From assembly GCA_945861715.1 (NCBI GenBank), contig CAMAVK010000004.1, positions 784-64,783 of the forward strand: a stretch of DNA of 64,000 nucleotides, read 5' to 3'. How positions within the stretch are numbered: position 1 is the stretch's first letter; the number at the start of each line of letters is the position of its first letter. Below are positions 1-8,308 of the stretch, piece after piece. The position numbers and the translations under genes were made by a program. This DNA is from Candidatus Woesearchaeota archaeon (GTDB lineage Archaea; Nanobdellota; Nanobdellia; Woesearchaeales; GW2011-AR9). The notes below the pieces were generated by a model, which had not been told where the DNA came from, searched no databases, and saw only the letters and a list, made by a program, of their open reading frames with translations.

Positions 1-1
1 A

Positions 2-532
2 AAGGATGAGAATAGTAAACTGAAGAAAGAGATTCGAAGTTTTGGTAGACATTTTTCAAAGGTTAAGGGGGAAGCGAACCTTCAAGCAAATGTTACTGCT
101 CGTAAGGATGTTAGTTTGAGTTTGTTTGCGCTTAATGAAAAAATTCTGAAGACATCGGATAGTTTGGTATTAGCTGAGGAGGCACATATCTCTAAGGTTG
201 AAGAGATGCTTAAGTCTGTACGAGAGAAACTCAAAAAGGTTGCACGTGTGAAGGGTATGGATGAACTTCGGATGTTTTTTACGGAGCTCGAAGTGTGGAT
301 GGTGGATGCGGAGAGAGTATATGTTCCTCAGACTGAAGCGTTGCTTGAACAAATTGAGAAGGGAGGAGCGATGCAACTTGCAGCTATTTCAAAGAAGAAA
401 TCTATGTTTGATAAAATTGACGCATTGCAACAGGAGTATCAACGTTTAGTTGCGCAGAAACAAGCAACAGATGCGAGGAAGAAAGCTGAAGAAAAAGCAG
501 CGGTTGAAGCGGCTGTGGCGGCTGCGAAGTAG
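2..532 (+). CDS. Hypothetical helical/coiled-coil protein, 5'-partial
   Basis: The frame is open from base 2 to TAG at 530-532. The product is E/K/A-rich and helical, with no family motif recognised. Confidence 0.7.
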   Translation, partial: KDENSKLKKEIRSFGRHFSKVKGEANLQANVTARKDVSLSLFALNEKILKTSDSLVLAEEAHISKVEEMLKSVREKLKKVARVKGMDELRMFFTELEVWMVDAERVYVPQTEALLEQIEKGGAMQLAAISKKKSMFDKIDALQQEYQRLVAQKQATDARKKAEEKAAVEAAVAAAK

Positions 533-579
533 TTTTTATTGGACTTGTTGTATTTTTTTAAAATGAAAGGTTGCTTTTT

Positions 580-1575
580 TTATGGTGTAGTTGTTGGTAT
601 GTCTTCTTTGTCTTCAATTGGTCCAACTGGGGATTCCATAAACACTTTTTCTATCTTTAGGGCGATGCCTTTTGGTTGGCTGTTGATTTGCACGGCACTT
701 ATTACGGCGCTTCCAATTGCGATAAGTTCGCCTTTTAATGTCATGATGGCAACTGCTTCGTCTTTGTGGAAGTTTTCTAGTTTGACAATTCCAGGTACTC
801 CTAGTGCTCGGCCGTTTGTGAGTGAGAGAATTGCTGAGTCGTGTACCCAACATTTTTTTATGTAGGTGAGGGCGTTTTCTATTGGTTGCAAGATGTGATT
901 AAGGTATGTTGAGTCTTGTTTTTCGTTGTAGTAGTAGAGTGCTTCTTGGATGTCGTTTAATGTGACAAGGTCATGTTTTTCAGTGAATGGTCCTGCTTGG
1001 GTACGTCTGAGGTGGGCCATGTGTGCGCCTACTTTCATAGCTTGACCCCAATCATGGCAGAGTTTTCGAATATAGGTTCCTGCTTCGCATTTAACTCGGA
1101 AGAGAATGTCTTTTTCTTTGACTTCAAGGATTTCTAGCTCATAGATTTCTCTGGTTCGTTCTTCGCGTTTAATTGCGCTTTTTATTGGTGGCATTTGGCG
1201 AATTTTGCCAGTGAATTTTTTTGCGGTTTCGCGCATGAGTGTTTCGGGGACAACTTGATGAATGTGCATGACACATACGTATTCTTTTGGTGCGGTTAGT
1301 AAGTATTCCGCTATTCGTGTGGCTCTTCCTATTGCTACTGGTTGGACACCTGTTACTTGCGGGTCTAGGGTTCCTGAATGTCCTGCTTTGGGAACGTTTA
1401 GAAGTTTTTTGATATATTCAGCTATTTGATGACTGGTTGGGCCTTTTGGTTTGTCGAGGTTGATAACTGCGTAATTTAGTTTTTCTTCGAAGGTGCGCTC
1501 ACTTGGGATTTTTCCATATGTTCCTTGGACGTCCTTTTTTTTGATGAAGAGTTGGGTGGAGAGTTTTGGTAGCAT
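580..1575 (-). CDS. truB: H/ACA RNP pseudouridine synthase Cbf5 / tRNA pseudouridine(55) synthase
   Basis: Motifs INLDKPKGPTSHQ, GHSGTLDPQVTG (catalytic Asp), KEYVC, CEAGTYIRKLCHD and HLRRTQAG, followed by a C-terminal PUA-like region. Confidence 0.97.
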   Translation of the reverse strand: MLPKLSTQLFIKKKDVQGTYGKIPSERTFEEKLNYAVINLDKPKGPTSHQIAEYIKKLLNVPKAGHSGTLDPQVTGVQPVAIGRATRIAEYLLTAPKEYVCVMHIHQVVPETLMRETAKKFTGKIRQMPPIKSAIKREERTREIYELEILEVKEKDILFRVKCEAGTYIRKLCHDWGQAMKVGAHMAHLRRTQAGPFTEKHDLVTLNDIQEALYYYNEKQDSTYLNHILQPIENALTYIKKCWVHDSAILSLTNGRALGVPGIVKLENFHKDEAVAIMTLKGELIAIGSAVISAVQINSQPKGIALKIEKVFMESPVGPIEDKEDIPTTTP

Positions 1576-1658
1576 GCGAAGTGGTTAGAATGGGGTTTGT
1601 TTTAATAGTTTGCGGGTGGAATTGAGATGATGGGGCTGGTTGGGAGTTTGATTTTGGA

Positions 1659-1913
1659 TTATTTTTGTTTCTTTAGCCACCATTTTTTGAATAGTGGAAG
1701 AGAGAGGGTTGATAAGAGGAATCCTATACTTGGTATTATTGAATTGATAAATGGGTTTGGTAGTTTGGCTGCGAGGAAGAAAAGAGTGATTGTTATATAG
1801 GTGAGAAGGGCAATGATTATTTTTCTTGTCGTGCTGGTTTCCCAGGCTTTATCTGCTTCGACTCGGATGTTGCGTTGTTCGATTGATTCGAGGCGTTTGA
1901 GTAGGTCTTGCAT
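1659..1913 (-). CDS. Small two-helix membrane protein
   Basis: ATG start, two hydrophobic stretches, basic C-terminus. Confidence 0.65.
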   Translation of the reverse strand: MQDLLKRLESIEQRNIRVEADKAWETSTTRKIIIALLTYITITLFFLAAKLPNPFINSIIPSIGFLLSTLSLPLFKKWWLKKQK

Positions 1914-1960
1914 GAGGAAGGATGTAATTGCGTCTTTTTTTGTTTATTACTTTTTCAAGT

Positions 1961-2431
1961 TTATTGTCGTTGAACTTCTTCTAATATTTCAAATAGTTCG
2001 TCGATTTGAGTTTTTGCGATGATTTGGTTTTGTGTTTCTAGTAGACGAAATGTTTGTTGGTCGTCTTCTGAGAGTGCGTGAATTAGAGAGGTGTTTTCCC
2101 ATGTTTTCTTTCTTGTGTTTGGTTCGACACTAATTAGGTCAGTTAAAATGTAGAATCTATTAGTATTAGCGTTTCGTCCTTTGAGATATGTATGTACTGA
2201 AAGTGAGGTGATTTGAGTCTCTGTTTCTGGTATTATATAGTGTGTTCCTACATTTAATGGTTCAACGAAATATGCATGGGGAAAATCAGACACTCTTTTA
2301 GTGCGAAGATAAAGTATGGTTTCGTCAGGGGTGGGTTGAATGTTGGGTTTAAACCCGCTTTCGTTTATGATGTTGCATATGATTTGTCTATAAGTTACAT
2401 TTGGTTCGATTAGAAGAATTGTTTTTGTCAT
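1961..2431 (-). CDS. Hypothetical protein with degenerate receiver (REC)-like N-terminus
   Basis: Starts KTILLIEPNVTYRQIICNII, resembling the CheY-like beta1-alpha1 'ILLIEDD...R..I..IL'. The later conserved Asp/Lys residues are not clearly present. Confidence 0.5.
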   Translation of the reverse strand: MTKTILLIEPNVTYRQIICNIINESGFKPNIQPTPDETILYLRTKRVSDFPHAYFVEPLNVGTHYIIPETETQITSLSVHTYLKGRNANTNRFYILTDLISVEPNTRKKTWENTSLIHALSEDDQQTFRLLETQNQIIAKTQIDELFEILEEVQRQ

Positions 2432-2487
2432 GGTAGTCTTAGATTGGATCGCTAAAATGACAATGTTAAAAAAAGGAAATTAATAGC

Positions 2488-2859
2488 TTATTGTGTTTTT
2501 GCTGCAGTTGGTTTTGCTTCTGTTGCTTTAGGAGCGACTTTTTTAGCAGCTGGTTTTTTTACTTTTACTGCTGCTTCGTCTTTTTCACCATACAGTTTTG
2601 CTCGAACAACGCCTTCTGCATCTTTGTTTACGGTAATTTTGATGTGATGAGGAGGGTTTTTAATTCCGTGTTCCCACAATTTTTCGTTTAGGGGTTTACT
2701 GAGCTTAACCTCTTTGGATTTCATGTGTCTTACTAGAAACTCTTTTACAGCAGTTACTGCTTTTTCAGTTCGTCTCCAGTTTGCTACTTTGAGGTATTCT
2801 TTTCGCAAAGGGACGTTGTATGTTCGTTCAGTATTTTTTGATTCTTTTGCAGCTGCCAT
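2488..2859 (-). CDS. rpl31e: 50S ribosomal protein L31e
   Basis: Motifs ERTYNVPLR, RTEKAVTAVKEFLVRHMK and LNEKLWEHGIKNPP. Confidence 0.97.
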   Translation of the reverse strand: MAAAKESKNTERTYNVPLRKEYLKVANWRRTEKAVTAVKEFLVRHMKSKEVKLSKPLNEKLWEHGIKNPPHHIKITVNKDAEGVVRAKLYGEKDEAAVKVKKPAAKKVAPKATEAKPTAAKTQ

Positions 2860-2907
2860 ATGAATTGTTACCTATTGTTTGTTTTTATTGAGTGTGTGAT
2901 GTTACAC

Positions 2908-3081
2908 TTATGCGTTTGTTGAGGTTCTTCGCCAACTTCTTTTTACTTCGGTATGTTCACTTGGATGGAATTTTCGTCCTTTTCCATGTACTTTGAATAC
3001 AGTCCAAAAAGGAGCCCATTTTGTTTGTTTTGATAGTTTGATTAAGCGGTTCTTTTTTCCGACTGGTTTGTTTCGTGCCAT
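2908..3081 (-). CDS. rpl39e: 50S ribosomal protein L39e (57 aa, not in the ORF track)
   Basis: Manual translation gives MARNKPVGKKNRLIKLSKQTKWAPFWTVFKVHGKGRKFHPSEHTEVKRSWRRTSTNA. It lies in the expected position between rps19e and rpl31e. Confidence 0.93.
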   Translation of the reverse strand: MARNKPVGKKNRLIKLSKQTKWAPFWTVFKVHGKGRKFHPSEHTEVKRSWRRTSTNA

Positions 3082-3110
3082 AGTGTGATCCTTTATTCGT
3101 TGATTTCTAT

Positions 3111-3560
3111 TTATTGCTTACTTTCTTTATGTTCTTCTTTTGCCATTTGTACAGCGAGTTTGTCAAGAAGGGACATTCCTTTTGGTGTTAAAATTCTTCC
3201 TTTATGTCCTTCTTTTTCAGTTTGTTTAATTAAACCGGATTTTTCAAGTTGTTGAAGAATTGATCGGATGTGTGAGCCAGATGCTTTGTAACCTTTTCCT
3301 GGCTTGTGTCCTCGGTTTTTCTTTCCACCATATTTGGTTCGAAGTTTTTCAGTTCCAATTGGACCAAGGCGCGCAACAGTTCGAAGAATTGCTGCTGCTC
3401 GGATAAACCACCAATCTTCTTGGTCTGGTAATCGGTCTTTGTGATGACCGGTTTTTACGAATTTTGCCCAGGTTTCAGGAGTTACTAACTTTTGCTTTTT
3501 GAGCTCATCAGCGGTCTTTGAAACAAGATCAGATGGATTTACAAGTAAGATATGTGTCAT
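3111..3560 (-). CDS. rps19e: 30S ribosomal protein S19e
   Basis: Motifs PETWAKFVKTG, DWWFIRAAAILR, LRTKYGGKKNRG and IRSILQQLEKSGLI. Confidence 0.98.
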   Translation of the reverse strand: MTHILLVNPSDLVSKTADELKKQKLVTPETWAKFVKTGHHKDRLPDQEDWWFIRAAAILRTVARLGPIGTEKLRTKYGGKKNRGHKPGKGYKASGSHIRSILQQLEKSGLIKQTEKEGHKGRILTPKGMSLLDKLAVQMAKEEHKESKQ

Positions 3561-3619
3561 GTCGAGGTTAGAATTTGGGTTATTTATAAAGTTTTTGGGC
3601 TTAGCCGCTCATTTTCTTG

Positions 3620-4855
3620 CTATTTTTGAAGTGATTTTATGGCGGCGCGATGAGTTGTTGGTATATTCTCCTCGAGATAGTCTGTTTCTTCGGCGCTGAG
3701 ACTTAGTTCTACACTGAGTTGGGGGTTCTTTTTGAGCATGAATGAGAGGTACGGTACTTGGGTGAAAGCTATGTGTTTACTCATGTGACATTTTTGCGCA
3801 AGTTTTAGTGCGATTTCTTTTCGTTTCCCGTTTTTTTGTTTCATCTGCCAAATTTTGAGGAGGCGCATGGTTTGTTTGTATTGCACAAATGCGGTGTTCC
3901 GTTCTCCTTTTGCGCTTGAGATTCCTGCTGTGAGAAGGTTTGTTACATAACTTAGGAATCGCCAATGTTGTCTTTTCATAATACGACCCTGGAAGATGTC
4001 AGCTCGAGATAGAGATTCGTACGCTCTGGCTAGACTTTCTGCATTTGTGTATTCAAATGGGAGGTTGTAGTCGAGCCAGAGGAATACTTCATTCATTTCA
4101 ACGTCCATGTCGTCGAGTGCTGGTAAGGCATTTTCTACTTTTGATGATTTGAAGATGAGTGTTAAAGCATTGAAAATGGTTTCAGTGCGTTTTCTTGGGG
4201 TGAGCGTTGAGAGACGGTCATAGGTTACTTGACCACTATCGCTGAGGATTTGAAGGTCGATAAGTGCGCTTCGAAGGTCACCACCTGATTGTCTTGCCAG
4301 GGAGTTGATGGTTTTTTCGTCCGTTTTTATTTTTTCTTGTTCACAGACCCATAACAAGGTGTGGGCAATTGCTTTGTAGTCTAATTCGTTGTATTGTATT
4401 TTGAGACACGCTTTTTGGAGCGGTTTGAATTTGCTATCACTTGTGTCGTTTGCGGTTAAGATGATGGGAAATTTTGATTTGGTTATTGAATCTACTATTG
4501 CACTTACAGCACCACGATCAAGAGTTCCCGATACGTTATCAACTTCGTCGAGAAGAATTATTTTTGGACGGAAAAATAGTGATTGTTGGTTTAAGGAGTT
4601 GTTTAGAAATGATCGTACTGCTTGTTCACTGCGGTCTTCAGAGCTGTTTAATTCGAGAAGATCATAATCTAATTCTTTTGCGAGTGCTACAATACTTGCT
4701 GTTTTTCCACAACCATTAGGTCCCTCAATTAATATTGCTCGATATTTCTGTGTTTTGTAGGTACTTATGAAATTCTTGACTTGAGCTAAAGAGAGATCTT
4801 GACCAAATATCTGCGATGTGTTTTTTGGTTGATAGGTGGTAGTGAAGAGTGGCAT
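3620..4855 (-). CDS. rfcL: Replication factor C large subunit
   Basis: Walker A GPNGCGKT, ELNSSEDR, Walker B ILLDEVD, GGDLRSALIDLQ, and the C-terminal SRADIFQGRIMKRQHWRFL. Confidence 0.96.
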   Translation of the reverse strand: MPLFTTTYQPKNTSQIFGQDLSLAQVKNFISTYKTQKYRAILIEGPNGCGKTASIVALAKELDYDLLELNSSEDRSEQAVRSFLNNSLNQQSLFFRPKIILLDEVDNVSGTLDRGAVSAIVDSITKSKFPIILTANDTSDSKFKPLQKACLKIQYNELDYKAIAHTLLWVCEQEKIKTDEKTINSLARQSGGDLRSALIDLQILSDSGQVTYDRLSTLTPRKRTETIFNALTLIFKSSKVENALPALDDMDVEMNEVFLWLDYNLPFEYTNAESLARAYESLSRADIFQGRIMKRQHWRFLSYVTNLLTAGISSAKGERNTAFVQYKQTMRLLKIWQMKQKNGKRKEIALKLAQKCHMSKHIAFTQVPYLSFMLKKNPQLSVELSLSAEETDYLEENIPTTHRAAIKSLQK

Positions 4856-4878
4856 TGGGTGTTTTTGGTTTTGGATTA

Positions 4879-5337
4879 TTAAAATACTTTGTATCCATCC
4901 AATATTTTCATGATGGGTTCGATGTGATTTGGAAGTAGTGTGGTATGATATTTATTTCTTAGTCGCATTGACATTGTTGGCCATTCTCCTTTTTGGTTTT
5001 TAGGTGGGTTGTGCACTCGATGTTCTGGGTGCCAGTTTCCATTTTGGTTGGCGGTATCATAAAATCCACTAGGTGGTGCTGGAAGTTTTAGAAAGTCTGC
5101 ACTATCTGGAGAAAATTCAATGTAGTTCTCTTTTCCAGTTAGGTGATAATAACAGGAGCGAAATACTTTATCTTGCTGGGCAGGGGATAATTTAAACTCA
5201 GTGTCGTTTAGGTGTTTATCTAGTCCGTCTTCCAATTTTTGGTTGGGGTAGAGGAATAGTATGCCTTGAGGCGAGGTGTGAATTTTAGTGGTTAGGAAAT
5301 ATAGTGTTTCACTAATTGCAAGAGATGGATTATTCAT
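4879..5337 (-). CDS. Hypothetical protein
   Basis: 152-aa ORF with an ATG start, co-oriented with its neighbours. No motif recognised. Confidence 0.6.
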   Translation of the reverse strand: MNNPSLAISETLYFLTTKIHTSPQGILFLYPNQKLEDGLDKHLNDTEFKLSPAQQDKVFRSCYYHLTGKENYIEFSPDSADFLKLPAPPSGFYDTANQNGNWHPEHRVHNPPKNQKGEWPTMSMRLRNKYHTTLLPNHIEPIMKILDGYKVF

Positions 5338-5368
5338 TTTGTATTCCTTTTCTGATTTGTTATAATAT

Positions 5369-5578
5369 TTATAATTTTTTCATGTCGTATAATATGAGAC
5401 AAATGCTTAAAAATGAAAAAAATGCTGTTATTTTGCTTTGTTGCGAGTTGCTTAGGCCGATGTTGATTAATTGAAAGGTGGGATTTACAATTGATACGAT
5501 GAATAGGGTGCAAAAGAGGAGTAGAAGGACGGTTAGGAGGATGAATATTTTGTGACGGTACTTTTGATAGTCTTTCAT
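5369..5578 (-). CDS. Small membrane protein (frame choice uncertain)
   Basis: Two hydrophobic segments. An overlapping alternative frame (5334..5696) exists. Confidence 0.4.
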   Translation of the reverse strand: MKDYQKYRHKIFILLTVLLLLFCTLFIVSIVNPTFQLINIGLSNSQQSKITAFFSFLSICLILYDMKKL

Positions 5579-5941
5579 AATTTGTGAAGAGGGACTTATG
5601 GTTTATAAGAAAAGTGTTTCTTGAGGCTATATCTTGCAATGTTTGTTGTGTTTTTGTAATTTGATTTATCTTTATAGAGAACTTTGCATAATTCATAAAA
5701 ATTAGGCAAAGTTATCAAAGAGCACTTTGCAACGGCGCAGTTTAAGCAAATTTTTGCACCTCGTGGTGCAATTAAAATGTGACAAACTGCTTCACAAGAA
5801 AGGATATTCATCCTTTCTGTGCACAAATAAAGTCGCTGCTTTATTTTGTGTTTGCAAAGTTCTCTATACTTTTTATGATGTATACTTTAGTAGTAGCATA
5901 AGGGTTAAATAGTTCTTTGTGCGTTTTGAGATATCGGTGAT

Positions 5942-7372
5942 GTGTATATGAGAATTGGGTTGACGTATGCCGATGTTCTTCTTGTTCCTAAGCGAACACC
6001 TCTAGCTTCTCGAAGCGAAGCGATTACAAAAACGATGTTTACTCGAAATATAACTTTATCTATTCCTCTTGTGTCAGCTAATATGGCAACTGTTACTGAG
6101 CATAAGATGGCAATTGCACTTGCGCGGCATGGGGGAATTGGAGTTATTCACCAATTTGGATCGATTGAAGATCAGGTCCGTGAGATACAACTTGTGAAGA
6201 GGTCAACTAGTTCAATTATTGAGCGCCCACTATGTGGGGATTATTCAATTACTATTCGTGAGGCGATTACTCGGATGCAAACTGAGGGTGTTACGAGTTT
6301 GTTGATTATGAAAGATGGTGAACTTGCAGGAATTTTTACGTCTCGTGATTATTTGTTTGAAAAAAATTGGGATCGAGGAGTTGCGGAAGTAATGACACCT
6401 CGCGGTCGTTTGGTTACGGCTCCGTTTGGGGTTTCGCTTGAAGAGGCAAAGCATATTTTGCATCAACATCGTATTGAGAAGTTGCCTTTACTCGATACTG
6501 CATCTGGGAAAGTTATGGGTTTGATTACTACTCAAGATATTAAAAAATTGGAACAATGGCCGCAAGCGAGTCGAGATACGAAGGGTAGGCTTCTTGTGGC
6601 TGCTGCTATTGGTGTTAAGGATGCACTTGAGCGTGGAGAGGCGTTGGTTAATGCGGGTGCGGATTGTTTAGTTCTGGATATTGCGCATGCACATTCTGAC
6701 TTAGTGATTACTCGCTTACGTGAGTTAAAGAGTCGGTTTTCTTGTGATGTGATGGTGGGAAATATTGCAACAGCTGAAGCGGCCCGGGATCTCATTGAAG
6801 CCGGTGCGGATGGGTTGAAAGTTGGTATTGGTCCGTCTCCGGTCTGTTCGACTCGTTTGATGGCGGGTGCGGGGGTTCCTCAACTTACGGCGATTATGGA
6901 TGTTGCAGCTGTTGCGCGCTCTTATGGAGTTCCTGTTACAGCAGATGGTGGAGCGAAACATCCTGGCGATGTTGGTAAAGCGATTGCAGCTGGTGCGTCT
7001 ACTCTGTATTCTGGCTCATTTTTTGCTGGGTGTGATGAGGCTCCAGGTATGATAATTATGAAGGAGGGGAAACGGTACAAGAAGTATCATGGCAGTGCGT
7101 CGTATGAGAGTTCACATAAGCGCAAGGAGTTGGAGAAAGGAGTGGTGATTAAAGAGCGGTTTGACACCTTTGTTGAAGGTGTGTCAGTGCTTGTTGATTA
7201 TAAGGGGCCAGTTGCTGATGTAATCTTTGGTCTTATTCGTGGGTTACAGTCGTCAATGAGTTATTGTGGCGCGCGAACAGTATTGGAGATGCATGAGAAT
7301 GCGGAGTTTATGCAAATCACGGCTGCGGGTTGGGAAGAATCGAAGACGCATGGAAATAAGACGGGGGATTAG
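5942..7372 (+). CDS. guaB: IMP dehydrogenase/GMP reductase family protein with CBS pair (may be a GMP reductase)
   Basis: Motifs [35 protein letters not shown] domains (HRIEKLPL), [31 protein letters not shown] and ADGG. The start is probably ATG at 5948. Confidence 0.9.
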   Translation: MYMRIGLTYADVLLVPKRTPLASRSEAITKTMFTRNITLSIPLVSANMATVTEHKMAIALARHGGIGVIHQFGSIEDQVREIQLVKRSTSSIIERPLCGDYSITIREAITRMQTEGVTSLLIMKDGELAGIFTSRDYLFEKNWDRGVAEVMTPRGRLVTAPFGVSLEEAKHILHQHRIEKLPLLDTASGKVMGLITTQDIKKLEQWPQASRDTKGRLLVAAAIGVKDALERGEALVNAGADCLVLDIAHAHSDLVITRLRELKSRFSCDVMVGNIATAEAARDLIEAGADGLKVGIGPSPVCSTRLMAGAGVPQLTAIMDVAAVARSYGVPVTADGGAKHPGDVGKAIAAGASTLYSGSFFAGCDEAPGMIIMKEGKRYKKYHGSASYESSHKRKELEKGVVIKERFDTFVEGVSVLVDYKGPVADVIFGLIRGLQSSMSYCGARTVLEMHENAEFMQITAAGWEESKTHGNKTGD

Positions 7373-7503
7373 GGGAAGTTACAAAGAGAAAGAAAAAGAA
7401 TAGAGCACTGTGGATAATTTATTTTTTATGCTAAATGTCTCTAAAATATATCAGTTAGATATTAATATTGGATAAAATAAAAAAATAATTATAATTTGTT
7501 TGA

Positions 7504-8307
7504 TTACTCGGATTCTTGTCGTTTACGTAATATCAGTAATCCAATTATTCCACCTATTACCAATACTATTGCAATGATCCAAGGAGTATTACTTCTGGTG
7601 CTTTCGTTTTTGTTTATAAGCGAAGTAATTGTTATGTCTGCTTCTTGATCTTGAAGGTTTACACTATTTAGTGTTATTTGTAAATCGTTTGTTTTGTCTA
7701 GATCAATATCAATATCTTTTGACTCTTTTATGTTTAATGTTATTGTTTGTGGATTACTGCGAACGGTTATGGTTGCACTTGTGGGGGTAACCACATCTAT
7801 TGTTACTTCGTGGAGTTCTTCTATATTGGAGTTTGAGGTTGGGATGTTAAAATCCGCTTTTTCTCCTTGTTTAATAGAAGCTGTGACTTCTATAGTGTTT
7901 TCTGCTGCGATTGCGTTTCCTGCGGCTGCACGATTGTTGTTTTGATTATTAAATTGCAAATGTTGAATTCTTGGTTCTGTTGTTGGGGCAATTGGTGCTG
8001 GCGTATTTCCTTGAGTTGGTACTGTAGGTTGTTCAACAGCGGGTGCAGGAGTTGTCTTTTCAGGTGCTGGTTCGCTACTTGGTGTGGTGGTTATGTCTGC
8101 AGTGTTATCGGTGGTTGGTGATGAACTTGAACTGCTTGATGATCCTCCGCCACCACTAGAACTGCTTGATGAACTTGAACTGCTGCTTGAGCTGCTCGAT
8201 GAACTGCCTGAACCAGGTGAAGCTGGTCCATATGCGGCAAATACTACTCCACCAACTAATAGTGTGAGGATTAGATATGCTGCAATTTGTTTTAGTCTTG
8301 ATTTCAT
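7504..8307 (-). CDS. Secreted cell-surface protein: signal peptide, Ser/Gly run, Pro/Thr linker, beta domain, C-terminal TM anchor
   Basis: N-terminal hydrophobic signal, poly-Ser, PAPEKTTPAPA linker, and WIIAIVLVIGGIIGLLIL followed by RKR. Confidence 0.85.
   Translation of the reverse strand: MKSRLKQIAAYLILTLLVGGVVFAAYGPASPGSGSSSSSSSSSSSSSSSSSGGGGSSSSSSSSPTTDNTADITTTPSSEPAPEKTTPAPAVEQPTVPTQGNTPAPIAPTTEPRIQHLQFNNQNNNRAAAGNAIAAENTIEVTASIKQGEKADFNIPTSNSNIEELHEVTIDVVTPTSATITVRSNPQTITLNIKESKDIDIDLDKTNDLQITLNSVNLQDQEADITITSLINKNESTRSNTPWIIAIVLVIGGIIGLLILRKRQESE
8120..8215 (-). repeat. Low-complexity Ser/Gly codon repeat inside the surface protein gene
   Basis: Repeated gaacttgaactgc / gatgaact units on the + strand encode SSSS...GGGG...SSSS. 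Confidence 0.8.
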
Positions 8308-8308
8308 T

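Noticed and set aside
5334-5696. 120-aa ORF with an ATGA overlap to the next gene
   Set aside because: Its composition looks like an off-frame read, and it overlaps a more protein-like two-TM ORF. A frameshifted single gene cannot be excluded.
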